This document shows positions 21,448 through 31,946 of a stretch of 64,000 nt of DNA, one piece after another. Position numbers and translations under genes: made by a program. The stretch comes from an uncultured Pelagibacteraceae bacterium (GTDB lineage: Bacteria; Pseudomonadota; Alphaproteobacteria; Pelagibacterales; AG-422-B15): the NCBI GenBank assembly GCA_902564025.1, contig CACEZK010000001.1, positions 69,819 through 133,818 of the forward strand. The letters run 5' to 3'. Numbering within the stretch: position 1 is the first letter of the stretch; each line of letters starts with the position of its first letter. The notes under the pieces were generated by a model. The model worked only from the letters and a program-made list of their open reading frames with translations, searched no databases and was not told where the DNA came from.

Positions 21448-22542
21448 CTAATTTGTCGAATGGATCCAACCACCTCCCAAAAGTCGTGTACCTATTTCAT
21501 CTTTACAATAAAAAACGCACGCCTGACCTGGAGATACAGCTGTTTCAGGAGTCACGAGAGAAATTTTTGCTCCGTTCTTTTTAATAATTTCTATTTTTGC
21601 ATCTAATAATTTTCCAGTTGATCTAACTCTCACATATAGATCTTTAGGTAAATTTTTTGCAATTAAGTTTATATTTTCAACATATATAGTTGAGGAACTA
21701 ATATTATTCTTATTTGCCACAATGACTCTGTTTCTATCTTTATCGATTCTTTTTACATAAAGCGGCTCATCCTGTGAAACTCCTAAACCTCTTCTTTGTC
21801 CTATTGTGAAGTTTTGAATACCTTCATGTTTATTAAGTACATTTCCATCTACATCTACAACTTCACCTTCATTGCTCTCAATATTCTTATTTATAAACTT
21901 TTTATAATCTCCGTCAGGTATAAAGCAAATATCCTGACTATCACTTTTATCAAACACGTGTAAGTTTAGTTTTAATGCTAGATCCCTGATCTCATCTTTT
22001 TTATAATCACCCAGAGGAAATTCTATGAGATCCAGATCATCTTTTTTCATTGTAAAAAGAAAATAGGACTGATCTCGATCTTTGTCTTGGGGAATATACA
22101 GTCGCCACTCATTATCAATTTTTACTTTCTTTATATAATGACCTGTCACTAATGATTTCGCATTAATTTCCTTTGCAAAAGACAGTAGATCAAGAAATTT
22201 TACCTTTTCATTACAATTTATGCAAGGTATGGGGGTTCTCCCTGATTTATATTCATTAATAAAAGGCTCAACAACATTTTTTCTAAAAATTTCCTCATAG
22301 TCAAAAACATAATGTGGAATAGTTATGGTGTTAGCTATTTTTTTTGCATCCATTATATCCGCGCCCGAACAACATGTTTTAGAGTTTGCTACTTTTTTTT
22401 CATCATATAGTCTCAGAGTGACACCTATCACATCTTCATAATCCTTATTCATGAGTGCAGCAGCTACTGAAGAGTCAACGCCTCCTGACATAGCTACTAC
22501 AATAGGATTATTTCCCTTTATGCTATTCACATTGTTATCCAT
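21448..22542 (-). CDS. mnmA: tRNA-specific 2-thiouridylase MnmA
   Basis: PP-loop 'VAMSGGVDSSVAA', 'CCSGADIMDA', 'TPIPCINCN' and 'GQACVFY'. Confidence 0.92.
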   Translation of the reverse strand: MDNNVNSIKGNNPIVVAMSGGVDSSVAAALMNKDYEDVIGVTLRLYDEKKVANSKTCCSGADIMDAKKIANTITIPHYVFDYEEIFRKNVVEPFINEYKSGRTPIPCINCNEKVKFLDLLSFAKEINAKSLVTGHYIKKVKIDNEWRLYIPQDKDRDQSYFLFTMKKDDLDLIEFPLGDYKKDEIRDLALKLNLHVFDKSDSQDICFIPDGDYKKFINKNIESNEGEVVDVDGNVLNKHEGIQNFTIGQRRGLGVSQDEPLYVKRIDKDRNRVIVANKNNISSSTIYVENINLIAKNLPKDLYVRVRSTGKLLDAKIEIIKKNGAKISLVTPETAVSPGQACVFYCKDEIGTRLLGGGWIHSTN

Positions 22543-22617
22543 ACGATTTAATAATTTTTGCTCTGGTATGTATAATATATTTGTCTTATTGTCTATTTTA
22601 CAAGCTTTGTTCCTAAT

Positions 22618-23391
22618 ATGAAAATAACACCTGAAAAACTTGATGAATTAATTAGAATTGTTCATCTTGCCGGCATTGAAATCATCAAAATCTATAAAAA
22701 AAAGGTAACCAAAAAATACAAGTCAGATAATACGCCTGTTACTAATGCGGATATTAAGGCGAATGATATAATTTGTAAGGGCTTAAAAAGACATTTTCCT
22801 GATATTTCAATAGTTTCTGAAGAGCAAATCAAAAAAGGTAAAGCTGCTAAACGATTTTGGTTAGTAGACCCATTAGATGGCACAAAAGAATTTTTAAAAG
22901 GGAACGGCGAATTTACTGTAAATATTGGCCTGATTGAAAATAAAAAACCAGTTTTTGGTATTATTTATATGCCAACTAAGAATAAGCTTTATTTCACAAA
23001 AGATAAAAAATCTTATTTTTCAAAATTGAATAAAAAAGGACATATTAATAATATAAAAAAAATTAAAGTTAAAAAAAGAAATAAAAATATTGTCATTTTA
23101 AGTAGATCTCATTCACTTGCTAAGAATGAAGTAGAAAAAGCAAAAAAAATGGTTTTTAAGAGATTCAATGCTAATAAAATACTTCGTTCAGGAAGTTCAA
23201 TAAAATTGTGTTACATCGCACATGGCTTAGCTAATGTATATCCTCGGTTTGGTACTACAATGGAATGGGACACGGCCGCTGGAGATGCTATATTAAGATT
23301 TGCAGGTGGTAGAATAAGAACATTGGATCGCAAAATTTTGCGCTATGGTAAGCGTAATTTTAGAAATTCTTCTTTTATTGCACGTAGCTAA
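22618..23391 (+). CDS. cysQ: 3'(2'),5'-bisphosphate nucleotidase CysQ / inositol monophosphatase family
   Basis: 'SEE', 'WLVDPLDGTKEF' and 'WDTAAGDAIL' IMPase-family motifs. Confidence 0.75.
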   Translation: MKITPEKLDELIRIVHLAGIEIIKIYKKKVTKKYKSDNTPVTNADIKANDIICKGLKRHFPDISIVSEEQIKKGKAAKRFWLVDPLDGTKEFLKGNGEFTVNIGLIENKKPVFGIIYMPTKNKLYFTKDKKSYFSKLNKKGHINNIKKIKVKKRNKNIVILSRSHSLAKNEVEKAKKMVFKRFNANKILRSGSSIKLCYIAHGLANVYPRFGTTMEWDTAAGDAILRFAGGRIRTLDRKILRYGKRNFRNSSFIARS

Positions 23392-24698
23392 TTAAAACTT
23401 ATTGGATTACCAAATACTGACTTATTGATTTTATTTTTCCAAAATGCTGGTTTACCATTTATTATTGTTCCAACAGGCCAACCTTTGAGTTTCATGCCGT
23501 TGAAAGGTGTCCATCCACACTTTGTTTTCATATCTTTATTCAGAACTTTTTTTGTTTTATTCATATCAACAATTGTTAGATCTGCGTCATAACCAACTTT
23601 AATTAACCCCTTATTTTTAATCTTAAAAATTTTTTTAGGATTAAAGCTTGTTAGCTTTACTACTTCATTGAGTGAAATTGTCTTTTTTGAAACCTCATTT
23701 AAAAGAATGGGAAGTAAAGTTTGAACTCCCGGCATTCCCGATGGACTATTTGGATAAATTTTATTTTTTTCAGATTTTAAGTGAGGAGCGTGATCCGATC
23801 CAATAATATCGATTTGGCCTTTTTGTAAAGTTTTTCTGAGAACATTTCTGTGTCTGGTGCCTCTAATAGGTGGATTCATTTGAGCGTATGTACCCAGTTT
23901 TTTATAACAATCTGGTGATACCAATATTAGGTGCTGAGGTGTTACTTCAAATGAGACATATTTTCTGTTTCTAAGAAGCAATTTTATTTCTTCTGCCGTA
24001 GTTATATGAAGAACATGTATTTTTTTCTTACTTCTATTAGCTGATCTGATCAGCTTTCTTGTAGAACTTAAGGCTGTATCTACATTTCGCCATACTTGAT
24101 GACTTAACGGCTTTCCTTTTTTTGCATATTTTTTTCTTGTGATTAGCATATCTTCATTTTCAGAATGAAATGAGATCATTTTATTTGTAGATCTCATAAT
24201 TTTCTCAATATCATTATGGTTTGAGACAAGTAATGTACCTGTTGAGGAACCAACAAAAACTTTTACGCCACAACAACCCTTAACTTTCTCAACTTTCTTA
24301 ATTTCTTTAATGTTATCTTTTTCAGCTCCAAAATAAAAAGCGTAATTGCAATGCATTCTCTTTTTAGCAGTCTGCAGTTTCTTCATAAAAAGCTTTTTTG
24401 TTGTGATGCTTGGTTTGTTATTAGGCATATCAAAAACTGAAGTTATCCCGCCTGTAATAGCAGCTAAGCTTCCCGATTTAAGATTTTCTTTTTTTGTATT
24501 GCCAGGTTCTCTAAAATGAACTTGTGTATCAAAAGCGCCCGGCAGAACATGTAAACCTCTTGCATCAATATTCTCTTTTGATTTCAGATTAGATAGTTTA
24601 CCAATTTTAAATATTTTTCCATTTTTAATGGCAATATCAGCTAACCTCTCGTTGTTATGAGTTACAATCTTTCCGTTTCTTATTACTAAATCAAACAC
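23388..24698 (-). CDS. pyrC: Dihydroorotase (amidohydrolase superfamily)
   Basis: 436 aa. 'GAFDTQVHFREPG' metal-binding HxH, 'HVLHITT' and 'GSDHAPH'. Confidence 0.85.
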   Translation of the reverse strand: MFDLVIRNGKIVTHNNERLADIAIKNGKIFKIGKLSNLKSKENIDARGLHVLPGAFDTQVHFREPGNTKKENLKSGSLAAITGGITSVFDMPNNKPSITTKKLFMKKLQTAKKRMHCNYAFYFGAEKDNIKEIKKVEKVKGCCGVKVFVGSSTGTLLVSNHNDIEKIMRSTNKMISFHSENEDMLITRKKYAKKGKPLSHQVWRNVDTALSSTRKLIRSANRSKKKIHVLHITTAEEIKLLLRNRKYVSFEVTPQHLILVSPDCYKKLGTYAQMNPPIRGTRHRNVLRKTLQKGQIDIIGSDHAPHLKSEKNKIYPNSPSGMPGVQTLLPILLNEVSKKTISLNEVVKLTSFNPKKIFKIKNKGLIKVGYDADLTIVDMNKTKKVLNKDMKTKCGWTPFNGMKLKGWPVGTIINGKPAFWKNKINKSVFGNPISFN

Positions 24699-25582
24699 TA
24701 TATACTATCTTTTATGCTATTTATTACCTTTTCTACAGATAAATTTTCAAGTTCATGATCTACCATATCATTATTAGATTTAATCACGGTATGATTTCCC
24801 CATGGTCCATACACCAGATCGTTTGTGGGTCCAAAAAGGGCAAAAGTTTTGCACCCCGTTGATGCTGATAGGTGCATTAATCCACTATCACTGCCAATAA
24901 AAAAATCGCATTTCTCAAATATAGGCACCATATGTCTTAGATTGCCCCAGTCAAATAAGTTTATGATATTAAGGTTTGATGAATTTAAGAAGTCATTAAA
25001 TTCTTTTTTATTTCGGATATCATTCGAAATACCAGTTAAAATTATTGTGTAACTTTTAAAAAATTCATTTTCAAGCAACGACTTGTATTTTTTTATTGAC
25101 CAATCCTTTTTTGGCCAATTTGAGTAAGGCGCAACAGCAATCATGCGTTTATTGTTAGGAATTTTTACTAAGCTTTTTGAGCTAACTTCAGAGTCATACC
25201 AAACTTTAGGAACTAATTCTTCTTCGGTATTTAAGAATTTTTTAAACTGAACAATTTTATGAAAATTGTTATTTCCTCTGAATATTTTTCTTGTCCTTGT
25301 GTTTAGTAAATAAGATGTAATTGATGATCTTAAATCGATAACAAGATCCCACTTTTTAAAAAAAGAGAATTTAATTATATCTAACCAATGTAAACCGTAT
25401 TTTTTTTTATTTACAACTAAAATTTTAGATAGTCTTGGCATATTGATGTATATGTCTTTAGCAAATGGACTTGTGATAATAGAAAAACTACAATCGTCAT
25501 ATTTCTGTATATAAAAATTTATTATTGATGTTGAAAGAATGGTATCCCCTATTCTTGTGGGTCCTATAAAAAGGATTTTCAT
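24698..25582 (-). CDS. Glycosyltransferase family 9 (LPS heptosyltransferase-like)
   Basis: 'MKILFIGPTRIGDT' N-terminus and 'FIGSDSGLMHLSASTGCKTFALFGPT' C-terminal GT9 motif. Confidence 0.7.
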   Translation of the reverse strand: MKILFIGPTRIGDTILSTSIINFYIQKYDDCSFSIITSPFAKDIYINMPRLSKILVVNKKKYGLHWLDIIKFSFFKKWDLVIDLRSSITSYLLNTRTRKIFRGNNNFHKIVQFKKFLNTEEELVPKVWYDSEVSSKSLVKIPNNKRMIAVAPYSNWPKKDWSIKKYKSLLENEFFKSYTIILTGISNDIRNKKEFNDFLNSSNLNIINLFDWGNLRHMVPIFEKCDFFIGSDSGLMHLSASTGCKTFALFGPTNDLVYGPWGNHTVIKSNNDMVDHELENLSVEKVINSIKDSI

Positions 25583-25605
25583 CTTATTTTGTACCTATTA
25601 CCATA

Positions 25606-25691
25606 TGGTGCCGTCGGAGAGACTCGAACTCTCACGAACTATGTTCACTGATCCCTCAAACCAGCCTGTCTACCAATTCCAGCACGACGGC
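25606..25691 (-). tRNA. tRNA-Leu (anticodon GAG)
   Basis: The reverse complement GCCGTCGTGCTGGAATTGGTAGACAGGCTGGTTTGAGGGATCAGTGAACATAGTTCGTGAGAGTTCGAGTCTCTCCGACGGCACCA has an acceptor stem GCCGTCG/CGACGGC. Anticodon stem-loop is CTGGT-TTGAGGG-ATCAG, with a long variable arm and encoded CCA. Confidence 0.92.
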
Positions 25692-25781
25692 AGATTTCCG
25701 TGTTTTTTCTATAATTGTTGATATGTTGAAATATATACATTTAACTATAATTGTAATATTAAACTATATTAAAAAATAATT

Positions 25782-26804
25782 ATGTTGAATGAAAATTTGC
25801 AATATCCATCAGATTTTAATTCTGAGGTAAAAGACGCAACGTCTCATCTGTATAAGAGCGTAGAGAAAATAATACCTGAAGTTGAGTGGCCATTTCATGC
25901 TCCACTCATTCATGAAATAAATAAACTAAAAAAGGAAAAAAATATTGCAATTTTAACACACAATTACCAGACACCTGAAATTTTTCACTGCGTATCTGAT
26001 ATTGTTGGTGACTCATTAAAATTGGCTTATGAGGCAAGGGACTCTGACGCAGATACAATAATTGTATGCGGTGTTCATTTTATGGCTGAAACAGCAAAAA
26101 TACTTAGCCCAAACAAAAATGTTTTAATTCCAGATACTCGTGCTGGATGTTCTTTATCTGAGTCGATAACCGCAGAAGACATAAGATTATTAAAGCAAAA
26201 ATATCCTGGCATACCGGTTGTTACATATGTAAATACATCAGCTGATGTAAAAGCAGAAACGGATGTATGCTGTACATCAGGAAATGCAAAACATGTAGTA
26301 GAATCTTTAGGTGTTGATAAAGTTATATTTCTTCCTGACGAATACCTTGCAAAAAATATTGCAGCTCAAACAGAAGTGAAAATTATTTCTTGGAAAGGGC
26401 GATGTGAGGTACATGAGAGATTTACTGCTGAAGAAATAATGACATATAAAAAACAACATAAAGATATTGTTGTATTGGCGCATCCCGAATGTTCTCCTGA
26501 AGTAATTGCGGTAAGTGACTTTGCTGGCTCTACGGCCGGAATGAGTAATTATGTAAGAGACAATCAACCTGGAAAGGTAATTATGGTCACGGAATGCTCG
26601 ATGAGCGACAATGTTGCCATCGAGAATCCTAATGTCGAATTTATCAGACCTTGCAATCTATGCCCTCATATGAAAAGAATTTCTCTAAAGAAAATTTATG
26701 ATGCAATACGATTTAACCAGTATCAAATTCAAGTTGATAAGGCAATTATTGATAAGGCCCGTCTCTCCATTGATCGAATGCTTGAAATTGGCAGAAGCAG
26801 CTAA
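25782..26804 (+). CDS. nadA: Quinolinate synthase
   Basis: 340 aa. '[11 protein letters not shown]', '[12 protein letters not shown]' and 'NLCPHMKRI'. Confidence 0.92.
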   Translation: MLNENLQYPSDFNSEVKDATSHLYKSVEKIIPEVEWPFHAPLIHEINKLKKEKNIAILTHNYQTPEIFHCVSDIVGDSLKLAYEARDSDADTIIVCGVHFMAETAKILSPNKNVLIPDTRAGCSLSESITAEDIRLLKQKYPGIPVVTYVNTSADVKAETDVCCTSGNAKHVVESLGVDKVIFLPDEYLAKNIAAQTEVKIISWKGRCEVHERFTAEEIMTYKKQHKDIVVLAHPECSPEVIAVSDFAGSTAGMSNYVRDNQPGKVIMVTECSMSDNVAIENPNVEFIRPCNLCPHMKRISLKKIYDAIRFNQYQIQVDKAIIDKARLSIDRMLEIGRSS

Positions 26805-28417
26805 TGTCTGATGCAATTTACAGCCCTGATGTTGTAATAGTGGGTGGCGGTGTAGCAGGTTTAACTGTTGCACTCAATTTAGCACCAAGAAAAGTATGCG
26901 TAATTACTAAAAGTTCACTTGGAATTAATACCTCAAGTAGTTGGGCGCAAGGAGGGATTGCCGCTGCAGTTTCAAAGGATGACAGTATTGAAAGCCATAT
27001 CAATGATACCTTGACTACAGCAAAAGGCATAGCGAATATCGATGCGATCAAAGAAGTTATAAATAATGCAAAAGGCATCATTAATGATTTAGAAGGATAT
27101 GGGGTTAATTTTGATAAAAATGCAGATGGTACTTTTAATTTGGGACTAGAAGGTGCACATAGCTTCAATAGAATTATAAGGTCAAAAGGTGATAGTTCTG
27201 GTCTTGAAATCATGCGTGGCTTAATTGAAAAAGTAAAAAAAAGTGATCACATCACAGTTTTAGAAAATGTTTCAATTGATCGAATTATGACGGAAAACAA
27301 TACTATTTACGGAGTAATTGGAAGATTTACTGACGATAATGTTCCTGACAGTAATGTAATTATCCAAAGTTCTCATGTAGTTTTAGCGACAGGTGGTTTA
27401 GGAGGTATTTTTGCAAATACAACCAACCCACGAAGTTCTTATGGAGAGGGCGTAGCGTTGGCATCTCATGCTGGTGCAACACTTACTGACATGGAGTTTG
27501 TACAATTTCACCCAACAGGTCTTGATTTTGGCATAGACCCTACTCCTTTGGCTACTGAGGCAATTAGAGGTGAAGGGGCTTACCTTGTAAATCAAGATGA
27601 AGAAAGGTTTATGTTTGGTATACATCCTGATAATGAGTTGGCACCAAGAGATCTTATTGCTCAAAATATATTCAAACAAATTGAAAAAGGAAATTCAGTA
27701 TTTTTAGATTGTAGGCACATGGGTAGTAATTTTGATGCTCGTTTTCCTCAGGTTTCATCCTATTGTGAAAATGCAGACTTAGATCCTGAAAGAGACCTGC
27801 TGCCAATAATTCCTGTCGCCCATTATCATATAGGTGGCGTAAAAACTGATCTGAAAGGACAGACTTCTGTTGAAGGACTGTGGTGCTGTGGAGAGGTTGC
27901 TGCAACTGGTATTCATGGAGCAAACCGCCTTGCGTCAAATTCACTATTAGAGTCTCTTGTATTTGCTAAGATTGTTGCAAGCGAAATAAATAAAAAGAAT
28001 ATAAAAAAGGATATTCATATTAGTTCTAAATTTATAAAGATTTTTAAAGAGAAAACTAAAAATAAAATAAGAGCAAAAAAATATATATGGCAATTAAGGT
28101 CTTCAATGATGAGAAATTTAGGAATAGTTAGAAATAAAGACTCTATTATCAGAGGTCTAAATGATGTAATTAAAATTGAGAGAGAATCAAAAGGCCTTTC
28201 AGCTAAACTTAATGATATGATTTTAGTTAGCAAATTTATTATCATAGGCGCTTATTTAAGAAGAGAAAGTCGAGGTTGTCATTTAAGATCTGATTACCAA
28301 GATACTGATAAAGATTTTATTAAGCATTTTGATATTAAATATTCAGAAATAGATGGTTATATCAAAAATATCTTGGATTCTACTATATCAGAAGTTGATG
28401 AAAAACTTGTTAGCTAA
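26804..28417 (+). CDS. nadB: L-aspartate oxidase
   Basis: 'DVVIVGGGVAGLT', 'EFVQFHPTG', 'EAIRGEGAYL', 'HYHIGGV' and 'GANRLASNSLLE'. Its start overlaps the nadA stop. Confidence 0.92.
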   Translation: MSDAIYSPDVVIVGGGVAGLTVALNLAPRKVCVITKSSLGINTSSSWAQGGIAAAVSKDDSIESHINDTLTTAKGIANIDAIKEVINNAKGIINDLEGYGVNFDKNADGTFNLGLEGAHSFNRIIRSKGDSSGLEIMRGLIEKVKKSDHITVLENVSIDRIMTENNTIYGVIGRFTDDNVPDSNVIIQSSHVVLATGGLGGIFANTTNPRSSYGEGVALASHAGATLTDMEFVQFHPTGLDFGIDPTPLATEAIRGEGAYLVNQDEERFMFGIHPDNELAPRDLIAQNIFKQIEKGNSVFLDCRHMGSNFDARFPQVSSYCENADLDPERDLLPIIPVAHYHIGGVKTDLKGQTSVEGLWCCGEVAATGIHGANRLASNSLLESLVFAKIVASEINKKNIKKDIHISSKFIKIFKEKTKNKIRAKKYIWQLRSSMMRNLGIVRNKDSIIRGLNDVIKIERESKGLSAKLNDMILVSKFIIIGAYLRRESRGCHLRSDYQDTDKDFIKHFDIKYSEIDGYIKNILDSTISEVDEKLVS

Positions 28418-29237
28418 AAAAGATATTAAGGAAAAAATCAAAATTGCTTTGAAAGAAGATTTTGGCAGATATGGTGATATAACCTCAAAAGTTTTAATTT
28501 CCAAAAAAACAAGGCTCAAAGCATCTATAGTCGCAAAAGAGAATGCAATTGTCTGTGGAACTGAGTTTGTTGTTCAAACATTTAAAGTACTAAATAGTAA
28601 AATTAAAATAAAAGTTCTAAAAAAAGATGGAAGTAAAGTAGTTAAAGGAAGTAAAATTATTGACGTTAATGGTGATGCACGAAGTATATTAATTGCAGAG
28701 AGAACAGCTCTAAACTTTTTAGGGTTCATGTCTGGTATTGCGACAAAAACAAGAAAATTTGTTGATATTGCAGCACCTTACGGCGTTAAAATTTATTCAA
28801 CAAGAAAAACAATTGCTGGGGTGAGACAGATACAAAAATATGCTCTTACAATTGGTGGTGCGCATGTAAACAGGGCCTCTTTATCAGATTTTTATTTCAT
28901 AAAAGATAACCATCTTGGAAATAAAGAAGGAATTGTTGAGAATATAAAAAAAATCAAAAAATCAAAATTAAAAAGAAAAATTACAGTAGAAATTGATACA
29001 ATTAAACAACTGAAAAAAATTTTAAATCAGAAAATAGATATTGTACTTCTCGATAATATGACTGAGAGACAAATTTCTCAGTGCTTAAAAATTGTAAAAA
29101 AAAGGTTTCTTTGTGAAGCATCTGGAAATATTAATTTAAAAAATATTAAGTCTTATGCGAAAACAAAAATTGATAGAATTTCAATCGGACAACTTACCCA
29201 TAGTATTGAAAACGTTGATTTTGGACTTGAAATATAA
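28398..29237 (+). CDS. nadC: Nicotinate-nucleotide pyrophosphorylase (carboxylating)
   Basis: 'AERTALNFLGFMSGIAT', 'TRKTIAGVRQIQKYALTIGG', 'NRASLSD' and 'LLDNM'. The in-frame ATG at 28398 (MKNLLAKK...) is preferred to the track start at 28353 and overlaps the nadB end by 20 nt. Confidence 0.88.
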   Translation: MKNLLAKKDIKEKIKIALKEDFGRYGDITSKVLISKKTRLKASIVAKENAIVCGTEFVVQTFKVLNSKIKIKVLKKDGSKVVKGSKIIDVNGDARSILIAERTALNFLGFMSGIATKTRKFVDIAAPYGVKIYSTRKTIAGVRQIQKYALTIGGAHVNRASLSDFYFIKDNHLGNKEGIVENIKKIKKSKLKRKITVEIDTIKQLKKILNQKIDIVLLDNMTERQISQCLKIVKKRFLCEASGNINLKNIKSYAKTKIDRISIGQLTHSIENVDFGLEI

Positions 29238-29699
29238 ATGTACAGCCGTCCAATAGTTAAAAACACCTTTAAAGTTCCTACAGAATTGGTAACTAAAAAT
29301 TTTATCTTAAGGCCACTAACAATAAAATATGTTGATCAAGACTATGAGGCAGTAATGAAAAGTGTAGACCATCTATATAAACTAATGGACGATAGTGAGT
29401 GGCCAAAAAAAATGACACTAAATGAAAATCTTGCCGATCTGGGATGGCATGAAGTGGAGTTTTCTCTTAGACATTCTTTTGCTTACACAGTCCTTTCAAC
29501 AAAAGAAGAGAATGATGTAATTGGTTGTTGCTATATTTATCCCTCCGACAACCCTGAGTATGAGGTACAAGCATACTATTGGATAAGACAAGATTTACTT
29601 GATAGCGGCTTAGAGGATAAATTAGGAAAAATATTTAAGAAATGGTTAGAAAAATCTTGGCCATTTGACAAAATAGAATTTCCGAGAAGAAATATATAG
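29238..29699 (+). CDS. Hypothetical protein, possibly GNAT-fold acetyltransferase
   Basis: 153 aa. 'FILRPLT...DQDYEAV' N-terminus and 'VIGCCYIYPS' resemble RimJ-like GNATs, but I cannot confirm the family by eye. The ATG immediately follows the nadC TAA (TAAATG). Confidence 0.4.
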   Translation: MYSRPIVKNTFKVPTELVTKNFILRPLTIKYVDQDYEAVMKSVDHLYKLMDDSEWPKKMTLNENLADLGWHEVEFSLRHSFAYTVLSTKEENDVIGCCYIYPSDNPEYEVQAYYWIRQDLLDSGLEDKLGKIFKKWLEKSWPFDKIEFPRRNI

Positions 29700-31058
29700 T
29701 TAGTTAAAAACTTTTTTATATTCGAGTTTTAAATCTTGAGATGAAACTCTTTTTTGTGACATAGTATCTCTATCTCTTATAGTCACTGTATCATTTTCAA
29801 TTGTTTCAAAATCAACTGTTATACAAATAGGTGTACCAATCTCATCATGACGTCTATAACCTTTTCCAATATTGCCAGAGTTTTCTAAAATGACCCTTCC
29901 CATACCTAGCGCTTGAAGGTCATTCTTAATCTTGCTTGCTTTATTGACTAAATCCTCATTATTTCTTTTTAGAGGAATCACGGCTGCTTTAATTGGAGAT
30001 AAATGCGGTTTTAAACTTAATACAATTCTTTTATTACCGTTTTCTAAATCCTCCTCCTTGTAAGCTTCATTAAGTAGTGCAAATACACCTCTATCAACAC
30101 CAGCGGAGGGTTCTATAACATACGGTATATACCATTCTTTACTTTCTAAATTTTGAATACTCAATTTCGTTGTTGATTGGTTATTCTTCATTACATCTGC
30201 GGATATTTTAAAATCATTTTGATTTTTAGTGTGAGATCCAAGATCAAAATCAGTTCTGTTTGCAATTCCCTCTAATTCTTCTAGTCCATGTGGAAATTCA
30301 TACATAAGATCTACAGTAGCTTTTGAGTAATGAGATAGGTCAGCAGCTTTAACATCTAGCTTTTTTAATCTTTTTTCAGATATACCTTGATCAATCCACC
30401 ATGAATACCTCTTGTCTACCCAATATTTATGCCACTCGTCATCTTTACCAGGTTCAACAAAAAATTCTAATTCCATTTGTTCAAACTCTCTAACTCTGAA
30501 TATGAATTTACCTGGAGTGACTTCATTTCTAAAAGCTTTACCTATCTGTGCGATTCCAAAAGGAATAGTCTTACTTGTTGAGTCCAATATATTTTTAAAA
30601 TTTGTAAAGATTTGCTGTGCGGTTTCTGGTCTTAGGTAGGCATAATTACTGCCATCATCTACAGGTCCAACTGTGGTTTTAAACATAAGATTAAATGGTC
30701 GAGGTTCAGTTAGATCGCTAGACCCGCATGCTGGACATTTTCCATCTGTAGCCTGGTCAGATCTAAATCTATTTTTACAATTTCTGCAGTCGACTAAAGG
30801 ATCAGAGAAAGTATCTTCATGGCCTGAATACTTTAATACATGCCTACTTGTTAGAATTGACGCATCAAGTCCCTCAACGTCATCTCGATCATAGATCATT
30901 GATTTCCACCAGGAGGATTTAAGATTATTTTTTAATTCTACTCCGAGTGGACCATAGTCATATATTCCTTGCAAGCCTCCATAAATCTCACCTGATTGAA
31001 AAATAAACCCCCGTCTTTTACATAATGAAACGAGGTCTTCCATGTTTTTAGAGGCCAT
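29700..31058 (-). CDS. glyQS: Glycine--tRNA ligase, homodimeric (alpha2) class II type
   Basis: 452 aa. '[28 protein letters not shown]', 'YLRPETAQ', 'GKAFRNE' and 'EPSAGVDR'. Confidence 0.9.
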   Translation of the reverse strand: MASKNMEDLVSLCKRRGFIFQSGEIYGGLQGIYDYGPLGVELKNNLKSSWWKSMIYDRDDVEGLDASILTSRHVLKYSGHEDTFSDPLVDCRNCKNRFRSDQATDGKCPACGSSDLTEPRPFNLMFKTTVGPVDDGSNYAYLRPETAQQIFTNFKNILDSTSKTIPFGIAQIGKAFRNEVTPGKFIFRVREFEQMELEFFVEPGKDDEWHKYWVDKRYSWWIDQGISEKRLKKLDVKAADLSHYSKATVDLMYEFPHGLEELEGIANRTDFDLGSHTKNQNDFKISADVMKNNQSTTKLSIQNLESKEWYIPYVIEPSAGVDRGVFALLNEAYKEEDLENGNKRIVLSLKPHLSPIKAAVIPLKRNNEDLVNKASKIKNDLQALGMGRVILENSGNIGKGYRRHDEIGTPICITVDFETIENDTVTIRDRDTMSQKRVSSQDLKLEYKKVFN

Positions 31059-31854
31059 ATCGACTCCAGAAAGAATTTTCCCTTAGAGCTTCTGTAAGCC
31101 GATCAACAATATCGTTATTTGAAATCTGATTATTTAAAATATTTTTAATAAATGATTTTTTTTCTTCTATGTTCCTAATCTTTAATTTTTTTCCATAATG
31201 TTTTTCAATGTATGAGTTTAGTTCTTCATTAGAATCTACTAAACCAAGTTTTTTTGCTTGTTCGCCTGTCCAAAACTCCCCATTAAAAACTTTTTTTGGG
31301 TCTATTTTCTTTTTTCTATTTTTTGATACTAAATCTTTGAAATTTTCAAATATGCTATCCTGAACTTTGATCAGCTTATCTATATCTTTTTTAGAAACCT
31401 CTTCAAATGGATCGAGAAACGATTTTCTATCTCCTTTTGTAAAAACTCTCCTTTTAATGCCTAGTTTATCTATTAATTTTTTGAATCCAAAAGAGGCACT
31501 GATCACACCTATTGATCCGACTATAGAACTTTTATTGGCGATTAAGGTATCTCCTGCACACATCAGCATATAACCTCCTGAGGCAGCAACATCCTCCGCG
31601 ATCGTAATCACTTTTACATTGTTTTTCATTGATAAATTTCTTATACGGTTGTGTATAAGCTCAGATTGTACCGGTGACCCACCTGGTGAGTTGATCTTAA
31701 TGACTACTACAGATGGCTTTTTAAAGCTAAAAGCTTTCTCAAGAATAGCAGCACAATTCTCAAGTGTAAGACCCTTTTGAAATCTACCGAGATCTCCAAT
31801 AACACCTCGCAAGCCAACTATATTTATTCTTGTTTTAGAGGATATTAAGCTCAT
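31048..31854 (-). CDS. sppA: Signal peptide peptidase SppA, 36K type (S49 family)
   Basis: 268 aa. '[11 protein letters not shown]', '[13 protein letters not shown]' and 'GSIGV'. Confidence 0.8.
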   Translation of the reverse strand: MSLISSKTRINIVGLRGVIGDLGRFQKGLTLENCAAILEKAFSFKKPSVVVIKINSPGGSPVQSELIHNRIRNLSMKNNVKVITIAEDVAASGGYMLMCAGDTLIANKSSIVGSIGVISASFGFKKLIDKLGIKRRVFTKGDRKSFLDPFEEVSKKDIDKLIKVQDSIFENFKDLVSKNRKKKIDPKKVFNGEFWTGEQAKKLGLVDSNEELNSYIEKHYGKKLKIRNIEEKKSFIKNILNNQISNNDIVDRLTEALRENSFWSRYGL

Positions 31855-31946
31855 TTTTTTAATTTTTGTCTGAAATCAATAACTTTTAATTATACGAGAC
31901 TATATTATAAGTACATCTAAATATAAAACAAAATCATAATTAATAA

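Noticed and set aside
26818-27213. 131-aa minus-strand ORF inside nadB
   Set aside because: It is antisense to the FAD-binding region of L-aspartate oxidase. It has no start context or motifs and is a shadow ORF.
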